Shown piece after piece: positions 18,731 to 27,554 of a DNA stretch of 64,000 bases. Numbering within the stretch: the first letter of the stretch is position 1; each line of letters starts with the position of its first letter. The translations under genes were made by a program, and so were the position numbers. Location of the stretch: positions 10,730-74,729 of the forward strand of contig JAZRQK010000046.1 in the NCBI GenBank assembly GCA_045649665.1, written 5' to 3'. Source of the DNA: Faecousia sp. GTDB taxonomy: Bacteria; Bacillota; Clostridia; Oscillospirales; Oscillospiraceae. Below the pieces are notes generated by a model. The model worked only from the letters and a program-made list of their open reading frames with translations, was not told where the DNA came from and ran no database searches.

Positions 18731-19834
18731 TCAGGTCATGTCCGAAAACAGTCCCGCCACCCGTTTTGCCTCGTTCTCAATATTAAAGGCGCATTGGGCA
18801 AATGCTGCAGAAGCCGCCTTGCGGCTTTGGGCATCCGGGGCAGTAAAATCACACAACGCCTTCTGCCACGCTGGCTGCTCCAACGGCAGATAGGTCACTC
18901 CGCCCACATTACATTGGCGGGTAATGGTGTCGGTAACAAAGCAATGCAAGCCGCAAGCCTGCGCCTCTACCACTGTCACCGGCAGACCCTCTTTCAAGGA
19001 GGGCAGCAGCATGGCATCCGCCGCCTGCCAATAGGGCAGCACATGGGTCTGTCTGCCCACAAACAAACATACATCCGTTAGATCATGGGCACGAAGCAGT
19101 TCCTCAAAACCGTTCTTATCCGGTCCATCGCCCACAAACAAAAACCGGGCATTGGGATTTTGGGTTTTCACATTTTCAATCACCGGCACTAAAAACGGTA
19201 GGTTCTTAATCGGACTGAAGTTGGACACATGACAAAACACGGTTTTATCCTGCAATCCCAGCTTTTCACGCATTTCATCGCGGCTTTGCAGGTCAAATGC
19301 AAACTGCTCCGGCACAATGCCATTGTAGATCATCTCCACCTTGTGGGTCTTTACAAAATCCTCGCCGTAGAGAAAATTCGCAGCATTATCCGAACAAGTC
19401 CAGAAATGGTTGGCATACCGGGTAACATTCCGGGTCAGGATCTGATTGAGTATCTTCTTTACCGGATTGGTAGACGTCATAGAAGAGTGGCTGTGGATCA
19501 CCCGGTTGGGAATGCCGTACTTCTTGGCATAGCGCAGGGTAAATTCATTCAGCGTAGGGCTGTGCAGCCATACGGCATCATAGTCCTTGGCATGTTCCCG
19601 GAAAAAGGCTTTGGTCTGTCTGATGGCTCTGCATACCGTTTTCGGTGACAACAGCCGATCCAGAACATACACCTGATCGCCATTTTGCCGGATCTGGTCA
19701 ATGTATAAACTTTGTCCCTGCTTAAAAATAAGAAAATCCACGGAAACATCCTGCATATTGCGGTAAAAATTCATTACCACAGAGGACACGCCGGAATCCA
19801 CAGATAAATTGTCCAGCACCAGCAAAATTTTCAT
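18731..19834 (-). CDS. GT4 glycosyltransferase (EpsF-like)
   Basis: VIHSHS, IYNGI, VGDGP, PSLKEGLPVTVVEAQACGL. Confidence 0.92.
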   Translation of the reverse strand: MKILLVLDNLSVDSGVSSVVMNFYRNMQDVSVDFLIFKQGQSLYIDQIRQNGDQVYVLDRLLSPKTVCRAIRQTKAFFREHAKDYDAVWLHSPTLNEFTLRYAKKYGIPNRVIHSHSSMTSTNPVKKILNQILTRNVTRYANHFWTCSDNAANFLYGEDFVKTHKVEMIYNGIVPEQFAFDLQSRDEMREKLGLQDKTVFCHVSNFSPIKNLPFLVPVIENVKTQNPNARFLFVGDGPDKNGFEELLRAHDLTDVCLFVGRQTHVLPYWQAADAMLLPSLKEGLPVTVVEAQACGLHCFVTDTITRQCNVGGVTYLPLEQPAWQKALCDFTAPDAQSRKAASAAFAQCAFNIENEAKRVAGLFSDMT

Positions 19835-19878
19835 AACTTCCTCACATTAATATCTTTCTCTCAAGAAAAAACATTTTA

Positions 19879-20811
19879 TTACATACTATATTTCAAAATC
19901 TTGCAAACCAACTTTTCAAAGCTGATGCCAGCCGCTTTAGCCGCATCCGGGAACAAACTCATTTCTGTCATTCCCGGCAAGGTGTTGACCTCAATAATCA
20001 TAGGTCCTTGCTGCTCATCGATAATAAAGTCGATTCGGGAAAGGCCGCGACAACCCAATTCTTTATAGGCCTTTTTGCTGATTTCCTGTGCTTTCTTGCG
20101 GTCCTCTTCACTAATTCTTGCGGGAATAATATGACGGCAAAGGCCATTGGTATACTTTGCGGTATAGTCGTAAAATTCCCGTTCGGAAGTAATCTCAATA
20201 TCCGGCAGTACAGTCAATTCATCATTTCCTAAAACCGGCACAGTAATTTCAACACCACGCAGATACTGCTCTGCAAGCAGTTGATCTCCGTATGTAAAAA
20301 TCTCGGCAATCGCCGTTGCCATCTCTTCTTCTTCCTTCACAATCACGACACCGATACTGGAGCCCTGGCAAGGGGATTTCAAAACCATAGGCAAGCCAAT
20401 CTGCTCTACTAACTGCTTGCAAAGCCAGGACACATCTGCGCAATCTGCTTTCTGGAAAACCGCAAATTTCGCAGTAGGCAAGCCTGCCGCTGCTACAACC
20501 TGTTTGGTCAGTATCTTGTTCATACAGACTGCGCTGGCCGCAACACCGGATCCGGTATAGGGGATGTTAGCCAGTTCCAGCAGACCCTGAATACAGCCGT
20601 CCTCGCCACCTTTTCCATGCAGCGCAAGAAAACAGATATCCGGTCTTTGTTCCAAAATCTGTCCAATATTGTCCTGCCGCAAATCAAACAGCGTAACATT
20701 CGTATAACCTGCTTTTTTCAAGCCCTCATAAACAGCTTTTCCGCTGCGCAGAGATACTTCACGTTCAGTAGATATACCGCCGCAAACTACCCAAACATTC
20801 TTGTTTAGCAT
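19879..20811 (-). CDS. ddl: D-alanine--D-alanine ligase (DdlB-like) inside the polysaccharide operon
   Basis: GGISTEREVSLRSG, LHGKGGEDG.IQG, GSSIG, FYDYTAKY, RIDF, EVNTLPGMT..SLFP. Confidence 0.92.
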   Translation of the reverse strand: MLNKNVWVVCGGISTEREVSLRSGKAVYEGLKKAGYTNVTLFDLRQDNIGQILEQRPDICFLALHGKGGEDGCIQGLLELANIPYTGSGVAASAVCMNKILTKQVVAAAGLPTAKFAVFQKADCADVSWLCKQLVEQIGLPMVLKSPCQGSSIGVVIVKEEEEMATAIAEIFTYGDQLLAEQYLRGVEITVPVLGNDELTVLPDIEITSEREFYDYTAKYTNGLCRHIIPARISEEDRKKAQEISKKAYKELGCRGLSRIDFIIDEQQGPMIIEVNTLPGMTEMSLFPDAAKAAGISFEKLVCKILKYSM

Positions 20812-21710
20812 TTTATTGCCTCTTTCCTGCTTGTAATAATATGGGAAATATCCAATTTTTCGCCTAGAACATAATCTGCCTCAATAGGATCAAAGGGAAT
20901 CAATGCGCCACCGGGTGTAAATGTCATTTCAGAAAGCACAATGCGCCCGTTAACATCAAACAAATCCACTCGCACCATGGGGAACTGCTGCGCTAAAAAC
21001 TCTGCAGTTTTAATCATTTCAGGCAACAAATCCGTCAGTTTCTCCGGCTTGGCAGGATAGTTTTTATTCTTAAAATCAGCTACCGTGCCATCGGCATTAT
21101 AGTAAGTCAAATGCTCATCTATACCATCACCCAGGCCACCAGCAACCGAGAAAAATGTTGCCTTGCCGTTAAAGCAGTAGATATTGTAATTGATAATGTC
21201 GCCGCCCAAATACTTTTCGCAAATAATCTTTTTGGGAATTCTCTCATAGTGCGGCTCCTCGTTGAATGCTGCAAAATTTTCGCGCATCCAGCGGCGCAAA
21301 CGCCTTTTAATTTCCTTCTCATCGCACTTGCTCTTATCCGGACAAAGAATATTGTAACCGCAGCCGTGATTGCACTTCAGAACAAACTGCTCCGGCAAAG
21401 CATTCCAGTCGATTTGGTCAACACTGTCCCAAGCAAAAAGGATATCGTTGAGCAATTCCTTTTTGCCCACTTCCTCGATATATGTACGAACCGCATACTT
21501 ATCCGCGCACTGCACCGCCTTTTTATTGTCAGGCCAGTGGTAAAGTTTCAACCATTGCAGTTTTTCATTCAAGCTCTTTGGCGCTTTTAGATTCAGCTTA
21601 TATCCCAGCAAATGCTTAAAATAGATGCCGGACAAAAATTCTGGATTTGTCAGATAATGCGCTACCACCTGACCCTGCCGTCTAATTTTATAAAAGATAG
21701 ATTTTTTCAT
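20805..21710 (-). CDS. TupA-like ATP-grasp amide ligase
   Basis: PKSLNEKLQWLKL, ADKYAVR, FVLKCNHGCG, IICEKYL, VRVDLF, SEMTFTP. Confidence 0.9.
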   Translation of the reverse strand: MKKSIFYKIRRQGQVVAHYLTNPEFLSGIYFKHLLGYKLNLKAPKSLNEKLQWLKLYHWPDNKKAVQCADKYAVRTYIEEVGKKELLNDILFAWDSVDQIDWNALPEQFVLKCNHGCGYNILCPDKSKCDEKEIKRRLRRWMRENFAAFNEEPHYERIPKKIICEKYLGGDIINYNIYCFNGKATFFSVAGGLGDGIDEHLTYYNADGTVADFKNKNYPAKPEKLTDLLPEMIKTAEFLAQQFPMVRVDLFDVNGRIVLSEMTFTPGGALIPFDPIEADYVLGEKLDISHIITSRKEAIKC

Positions 21711-22180
21711 TGGTTTGTCTCCTCTTTTACGCCGTTGCGTTTGATAATCCGGGCGGGGATGCCCACCACGGTGCAGTTGTCCGGTACGCTCTCCAGTACC
21801 ACTGCATTGGCGCCCACTTTTACATTGTCGCCCAAAGTAATGTCACCCAAGACGCAGCAGCCAACGCCCAAAATGCAGTTCTTGCCGATTTTAGGGCCAA
21901 GACCGGAGCCGATGGTCACATTCTGGAAAATAACCGTTCCGGAACCCACCACAGAATTTTGATGAATGACAATACCCATACCGTGGGCGATCCGCACACC
22001 GTCCTCCAAAATAGTTGTGGGCGGAATATAACAAGAAAACAGTATATGATTCAGCCGCCAGATGATCTTAGCGAGGAACGGCAGCTTATGCGTCCAGCAC
22101 CAACGCATCGCCTTATAGAATTTGATTACGATGGAAGTCTTGCCTAAATGCTCAACGCGCTTATAATCCTGATCTTCCAT
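21707..22180 (-). CDS. Serine-acetyltransferase-like left-handed beta-helix O-acyltransferase
   Basis: HGMGIVIH, IFQNVTIG, VGANAVVL..VP...TVVGIPAR. Confidence 0.88.
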   Translation of the reverse strand: MEDQDYKRVEHLGKTSIVIKFYKAMRWCWTHKLPFLAKIIWRLNHILFSCYIPPTTILEDGVRIAHGMGIVIHQNSVVGSGTVIFQNVTIGSGLGPKIGKNCILGVGCCVLGDITLGDNVKVGANAVVLESVPDNCTVVGIPARIIKRNGVKEETNQ

Positions 22181-22210
22181 TTCCTGTTTCTCACTTTCCC
22201 GGATGATGCG

Positions 22211-22975
22211 TCATCCGTTTTTTACATAAAAAAGTTTCTTCAAAACGCCGAAGCCTAAATTCCGGCAGGTAAAGAATGCCGCGGTTACCGGATCTCTGTC
22301 GTCGGCATAACGGAACAGCTTATAGTGCCATTTGATCAGCTTGGTATAACTGTGGTTGGACAGTGAGCCGGCACGCTTGCGGTACTGCGCCATACATTCG
22401 CCCAACCGGTAGCAGTCCGCCTTTTGGCACACCTGCAGCCACATGGCATAGTCGTTATTTTTTTGAATGGGCTTGATCTGTACAAGGCCCACGGTTTCGG
22501 CATCGTACATCACCGTCAGGCAACCGGGCCAGCAGTAGGAATACATGCCGGTTTTGGTGATTCGGTTCGGGCCGCAGACCCGTCTGCCCAAAGGCGCAGA
22601 CTGTTCATCGATCTCGCAGTAATCCGTGTAGGAGAAGGCACAGCCTTTTTCCCGCATAAAAGCGATCTGCTTTTCCAGCTTGTCCGCTGTCCACAGGTCA
22701 TCGCTGTCCAAAAATGCGATCCACTTTCCTTTGGCTTCCCGGAGAGCATAGTTCCGGGAGATGGCAGCGCCGCTGTTCTTCTCGTTTTTCAGATAGCGAA
22801 TACGGCTGTCTGCCAAATAAGGCGCAACCACGGCATCCGTATCATCGGTGGAGCAATCATCCACGATCAGCAGTTCCCAATGGGGGTAGGTCTGCTGCAA
22901 CACAGATTCGATAGACTGGGCAATAAACCGTCCGGTATTGTAAGACGGCATAATGATCGATACAAGTTCGCTCAT
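22211..22975 (-). CDS. GT2 glycosyltransferase (TuaG-like)
   Basis: VSIIMPSYN, IVDDCSTD, IAFLDSDDLW. Confidence 0.93.
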   Translation of the reverse strand: MSELVSIIMPSYNTGRFIAQSIESVLQQTYPHWELLIVDDCSTDDTDAVVAPYLADSRIRYLKNEKNSGAAISRNYALREAKGKWIAFLDSDDLWTADKLEKQIAFMREKGCAFSYTDYCEIDEQSAPLGRRVCGPNRITKTGMYSYCWPGCLTVMYDAETVGLVQIKPIQKNNDYAMWLQVCQKADCYRLGECMAQYRKRAGSLSNHSYTKLIKWHYKLFRYADDRDPVTAAFFTCRNLGFGVLKKLFYVKNG

Positions 22976-23811
22976 GTGTCCTTCCCTCCCCGGGCGAAAT
23001 ACTCCATTTGCAGCACGCCGTTGATCTTATGTACAACGCCGATGCCGTCAAAGGCTTTCAGTAGCTTGCGGAAGGGATATAGTACCTTCATCAAGCCACG
23101 AATTGACGGCTTATAGGCTATGTGCAATCTGCAATAGGCTTTCCGGAATCCAAATATCCGCTCCAGATAATCCTGGAATGCAGTCTCGTGGAGCACGTTC
23201 CGGGCGCCGTCGCAAAAATAGCCGCCATTTTGCAAAAATGCCTCGCAGGCCTCCAGCAGGCCGTTAACCAATGCGGCGTTGATACCCTTTTTCTCTGCTT
23301 CAGGACACACCTTCATTTGGTCAAAGCCAATGTACCTTTCCCCGTGATGGGTGATCAGCGCATAACCGGACAGCTCTCCGGTCTGCACATCGTATGCGCC
23401 GAAGGTCCTGCGGTGACCCCAGTCAGACACCTGCCGTGCAACATTATCCTCGTCCACAGTTCTGCGGTATTTTGCCGGGTACTGGGCGTGGGCAGCATTC
23501 TGAATCCTGCAGATTTCCGGGATATGCTCCGCCGGGTCGATCTGACGGATTTCATAATTTTTCTTGCCCTTGGTGATCTCATATCTGCGTTTTGCCTTCA
23601 GAGCAGAAATATCAAAGGGTTCGTCCTTGATCACATACCACCAGTTTGTTTCCTCGCCACAATCGAAATCCGTTGTCCACCGTGCCAACAACGGACCGCC
23701 GGTCAGATTCCAGACGCTGCCGTCCTCTACCGCTGTCAGATCTGGCTCTTCATGCGGCAGCACCTGCGGTAATGCCGCATGGTTATAATAATGCCAGCCC
23801 TTAATTTCCAT
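22972..23811 (-). CDS. Hypothetical protein with probable GNAT/FemAB-like fold
   Basis: LKAKRRYEITKG resembles the Fem-like 'RxxIrKa' helix; KKGINAALV, DGARNV.HET, FGFRK. Confidence 0.55.
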   Translation of the reverse strand: MEIKGWHYYNHAALPQVLPHEEPDLTAVEDGSVWNLTGGPLLARWTTDFDCGEETNWWYVIKDEPFDISALKAKRRYEITKGKKNYEIRQIDPAEHIPEICRIQNAAHAQYPAKYRRTVDEDNVARQVSDWGHRRTFGAYDVQTGELSGYALITHHGERYIGFDQMKVCPEAEKKGINAALVNGLLEACEAFLQNGGYFCDGARNVLHETAFQDYLERIFGFRKAYCRLHIAYKPSIRGLMKVLYPFRKLLKAFDGIGVVHKINGVLQMEYFARGGKDT

Positions 23812-23812
23812 G

Positions 23813-24511
23813 TTATACTCCTAACAGTTCCTTTGCCTCTTTTTGCCGGGCATCATAGGTTTCCTTATCCACCCTGCCCTGCTCCATCAGCCAGTCGCCG
23901 AAATCGATATCGGAAACCGTACCTTCCCGGACGGTATCACTGCGCTTAAGCACCTTGCCCACCGTCTGCAAAATGATCTTCACATCGCCCCAAAAGGTGA
24001 TGCCCTCGTCTATGTACTGCAGATCGTAAGCAAACTTCTGCTCCCAGGTGATATTGTTCCGACCGTTGACCTGAGCCAGTCCCGTCAGACCCGGGCGCAC
24101 ATCGTGCCGCCGCCGCTGATCGTCCGTCATAAAGGTCATATCCCGGACAAGCTGGGGTCTGGGACCCACGATAGAAAGATCGCCGGTGAGAATATTGATC
24201 AGCTCCGGCAGCTCGTCCAAAGAAGTAGAGCGCAGGAATCTGCCATAGCCATTCAGCCGCACCGCATCCGGCAGCAAGTTGCCATCTTTGTCCTTTTTAT
24301 TGCTCATGGTGCGGAATTTGATCAGCTTAAAGATCCGTTCCTTGCCGTCGCTGCCTTTCCTGCCCGGGCGGGGCTGCACAAAGAAAGGATTGCCGCCCAT
24401 CGCCACAGCGCCCACTGCCATCAAAATCAGCAGCACCGGGGACAAAACCAGCAACGCCAGCAGGGACAAAACAAAATCCATTACCCGTTTCAAACACTTT
24501 GCGTACATCAT
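23813..24511 (-). CDS. Priming sugar-phosphate transferase (PglC/EpsL-like)
   Basis: KRVMD, KFRTM, RSTSLDELPEL.N, VGPRP, RPGLTGLAQV.GRN. Confidence 0.93.
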   Translation of the reverse strand: MMYAKCLKRVMDFVLSLLALLVLSPVLLILMAVGAVAMGGNPFFVQPRPGRKGSDGKERIFKLIKFRTMSNKKDKDGNLLPDAVRLNGYGRFLRSTSLDELPELINILTGDLSIVGPRPQLVRDMTFMTDDQRRRHDVRPGLTGLAQVNGRNNITWEQKFAYDLQYIDEGITFWGDVKIILQTVGKVLKRSDTVREGTVSDIDFGDWLMEQGRVDKETYDARQKEAKELLGV

Positions 24512-24626
24512 GTACTCCTTACCTTTCCCCTGCTAAAAAAGCATATAAAGGGGCATAATAATACGAATACGATTATAATGCAAACTGGTCTGAAAATCAA
24601 GTAAAACTGTATATTTGTACGGCAAA

Positions 24627-24660
24627 AAAACTCCCTTGCCCGAAAACAAGGGAGTTTTTG
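24627..24660 (-). terminator. ftsH terminator
   Basis: aaaactcccttg...caagggagtttt. Confidence 0.75.
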
Positions 24661-24664
24661 GAAT

Positions 24665-26578
24665 TTATTCAATTATTTCGTCACTTTCTGTCGCCGCAGC
24701 ATTGTCCTTGGGAGTGACAAACGCCATCAGCTCCTCGCCGGTGATGGTTTCCTTGACCAGCAGATACTCTGCGATCTCGTCCAGCAAACCACGGTTGTCT
24801 GTCAGCAGCTGCTTGGCTTCATCATAGCAGGTTGACAATATCTTTTTGACCTCACTGTCTACCACAGCAGAGGTTTCCTGAGAGCAATCCAGGTATGCGT
24901 TGCCCTCCAGATACTGATGCTGCACCGCTGCCGGCGCCATCAGACCCAGCGCATCGCTCATACCGTAGAGGGTGACCATTTTCTTGGCAATATCCGTCGC
25001 CCGCTGAATGTCATTGGCAGCGCCGGTGGTCTTTACACCGAATACGATCTGCTCTGCCGCTCTGCCACCCAAGATCGTCCGCAATTCCACCAGCAGCTCA
25101 TCCTTGGTGGACAAGTACTTTTCCTCCTCCGGGGCATACATGGTATAGCCCAGCGCACCGGAAGTGTGGGGAACGATGGTGATTTTGGTCACCGGGTCTT
25201 TGTGTTTTTCCAAAGCGGATACCAGCGCATGACCTACCTCATGGTATGCCACCAACCGCTTTTCCGTATCCGTCAGCACTGTATGCTTTTTCTCCGTGCC
25301 GGCAATAACCACTTCAAAGGATGCCAGCAGGTCTTCTTGTGTCACCAGCTTGCGTCCGTGGCGCACGGCTCGCAGCGCCGCCTCGTTTACCAAATTAGCA
25401 AGGTCTGCGCCCACTGCGCCGGCAGTTGCCTGCGCCAGCTTTTTCAGATCCACATCCTCGGAAAGCTTGATTTTCCGGGTATGGACTTTCAGCGTATCCA
25501 GTCTGCCCTGCAGATTGGGTCTGTCCACAATGATACGGCGGTCAAAACGGCCGGGGCGCAGCAGCGCCTTGTCCAGGATCTCCGGACGGTTGGTAGCCGC
25601 CAGGCATACGATACCCTTGGAGGAATCGAAGCCATCGATCTCGCCTAATAATTGATTCAAGGTCTGTTCCTGCTCCGTGTTTCCGCCGTAACGGGAATCA
25701 CGGGAACGACCCACCGCATCGATCTCGTCGATAAAGATAATACAAGGTGCCACCTTTGCCGCCTGGGTGAACAGATCCCGGACACGGCTGGCGCCCACAC
25801 CTACGAACATTTCCACAAAGTCCGAGCCGGAAATAGAGAAGAAAGGCACATTTGCCTCGCCTGCCACCGCCTTTGCCAGCAGTGTCTTGCCCGTACCGGG
25901 AGAACCTACCAGCAGCGCGCCCTTGGGCAGCTTTGCGCCGATTTCCGTATACTTCTGGGGACTGTGGAGGAAATCGATGATCTCCTGCAGGGATTCCTTT
26001 GCCTCGTCCTGACCTGCCACATCCTTGAAGGTCACGCCGGTCTGCTTCTCCATATAGACCTTTGCCTTGCTGGCGCCGATGCCGCCCATCATGCCGTCGC
26101 CGCTGAAGCGCTTCATCAGCAGGCTCATAACACCGAACACCAGACCGAACATCACCACATAGGAAAGGATCATAATGATACCGGAGTTATCCTCCACGAT
26201 CTGCTGATCCACTGTCACGCCCATAGCATCCAGCTCGGCTGCCAACGCCATTGCATCGCCGCCGGAGGGCAAGCCGGTATAAAAGGCTTTCTGCTCCATG
26301 GCAGGCTTTGCTGCCTCTTCCTTGGTCATGTAAATGATCCGATCATACCGCAGCTCCACTTCCTGCAGCTGCTGTGTCTGCATGGCATCCAAAAAGTCCG
26401 TATAGGTGGTCTGGGTATACTGACTTGCCGTAATGGCGTTGGATACCCAACTGATCAGCAGAATCACTGCTACAGATATGAGCAGCGTCGCCCATATATT
26501 CAGCTTCGGCTTCTTTTTGTCGTTTTTCGGATTCTTATTTTGGTTGTTGCGATCCGTTTCCAATCCAATCCCTCCCAC
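24665..26578 (-). CDS. ftsH: ATP-dependent zinc metalloprotease FtsH
   Basis: Two TM helices, [27 protein letters not shown]. Confidence 0.96.
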   Translation of the reverse strand: MGGIGLETDRNNQNKNPKNDKKKPKLNIWATLLISVAVILLISWVSNAITASQYTQTTYTDFLDAMQTQQLQEVELRYDRIIYMTKEEAAKPAMEQKAFYTGLPSGGDAMALAAELDAMGVTVDQQIVEDNSGIIMILSYVVMFGLVFGVMSLLMKRFSGDGMMGGIGASKAKVYMEKQTGVTFKDVAGQDEAKESLQEIIDFLHSPQKYTEIGAKLPKGALLVGSPGTGKTLLAKAVAGEANVPFFSISGSDFVEMFVGVGASRVRDLFTQAAKVAPCIIFIDEIDAVGRSRDSRYGGNTEQEQTLNQLLGEIDGFDSSKGIVCLAATNRPEILDKALLRPGRFDRRIIVDRPNLQGRLDTLKVHTRKIKLSEDVDLKKLAQATAGAVGADLANLVNEAALRAVRHGRKLVTQEDLLASFEVVIAGTEKKHTVLTDTEKRLVAYHEVGHALVSALEKHKDPVTKITIVPHTSGALGYTMYAPEEEKYLSTKDELLVELRTILGGRAAEQIVFGVKTTGAANDIQRATDIAKKMVTLYGMSDALGLMAPAAVQHQYLEGNAYLDCSQETSAVVDSEVKKILSTCYDEAKQLLTDNRGLLDEIAEYLLVKETITGEELMAFVTPKDNAAATESDEIIE

Positions 26579-26764
26579 ATTTCGTTTTTGTCCATAATAG
26601 CATATTTTTTACCTATGTGCAACGAAAGATACCTCTCTCAGCGGTAAATTTTCTGTAAATTCCCTCATTTGAAAAAAATGCAGTTGTAGACCGGCAAAAA
26701 ATTTGCTATAATAAGTCAAATGGATTCGTATGCCCAAATCTGGAACGAAAGCAGGAGAATGGAT

Positions 26765-27553
26765 ATGAGAGATGATCGTAACCGCCGCCGGGAAGCGCCT
26801 AAACCTATAGAGGAAGTGGAAGGTCAGCTGGAAGGTCGTAACGCCCTGACGGAAGCGCTCCGCAGCGGACGGACTATCGACAAAGTGTTTATCGCCTCCG
26901 GTGATACGGATAAGGGTCTGCAGCGGCTGGCTGCCCAGGCAAAGGAAGCCGGCGCTGTGATCGTTCCGGTGGATCGCCGGAAATTGGATATGATGAGTAC
27001 CACCCACTCCCATCAGGGTGTGATCGCACTGGCTGCCGCCAAGGAATATGCCACCATCGATGACATTCTGCAGGAGGCGGCAGACCGGGGCGAAACGGCG
27101 CTGATCGTGATCTGCGATGAGCTGTCTGACCCTCACAATCTGGGTGCGATCCTTAGAAGCGCAGAATGTGCCGGCGCCCACGGCGTTATTATCCCCAAGC
27201 GTCGCAGTGTCGGTCTGACTGCCACTGTGGCAAAGGCTTCCGCCGGCGCTGTGGAATACATGAAAGTGGCGCGGGTCACCAACATCAATGCCGCTATGGA
27301 CGAACTGAAACGCAAAGGCGTATGGATCTTCGGCACAGCCGCCGAAGGCTCTATCCCCATGTACAAAGCAGACCTGACCGGCCCTGCCGCCATCGTCATC
27401 GGCTCCGAGGGCGACGGCATGAGCCGGCTGGTACGGGAAAACTGCGATGTGACTGTCCATATCCCTATGAAAGGACGGATCACTTCGCTGAACGCATCCG
27501 CCGCCGCATCTATTCTGCTCTATGAAGCTGTGCGGCAACGTCAGGAGGGATAA
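26765..27553 (+). CDS. rlmB: 23S rRNA (guanosine-2'-O)-methyltransferase RlmB
   Basis: EGRN, HQGVIA, DPHNLGAILRSA, IGSEG.G, SLNASAA; start after aggag. Confidence 0.93.
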   Translation: MRDDRNRRREAPKPIEEVEGQLEGRNALTEALRSGRTIDKVFIASGDTDKGLQRLAAQAKEAGAVIVPVDRRKLDMMSTTHSHQGVIALAAAKEYATIDDILQEAADRGETALIVICDELSDPHNLGAILRSAECAGAHGVIIPKRRSVGLTATVAKASAGAVEYMKVARVTNINAAMDELKRKGVWIFGTAAEGSIPMYKADLTGPAAIVIGSEGDGMSRLVRENCDVTVHIPMKGRITSLNASAAASILLYEAVRQRQEG

Positions 27554-27554
27554 T

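Noticed and set aside
19879-20811. Vancomycin-resistance (Van) ligase
   Set aside because: Omega loop keeps Tyr (YDYTAKY), length is DdlB-like, and no vanH/X/Y/T/R/S genes are nearby
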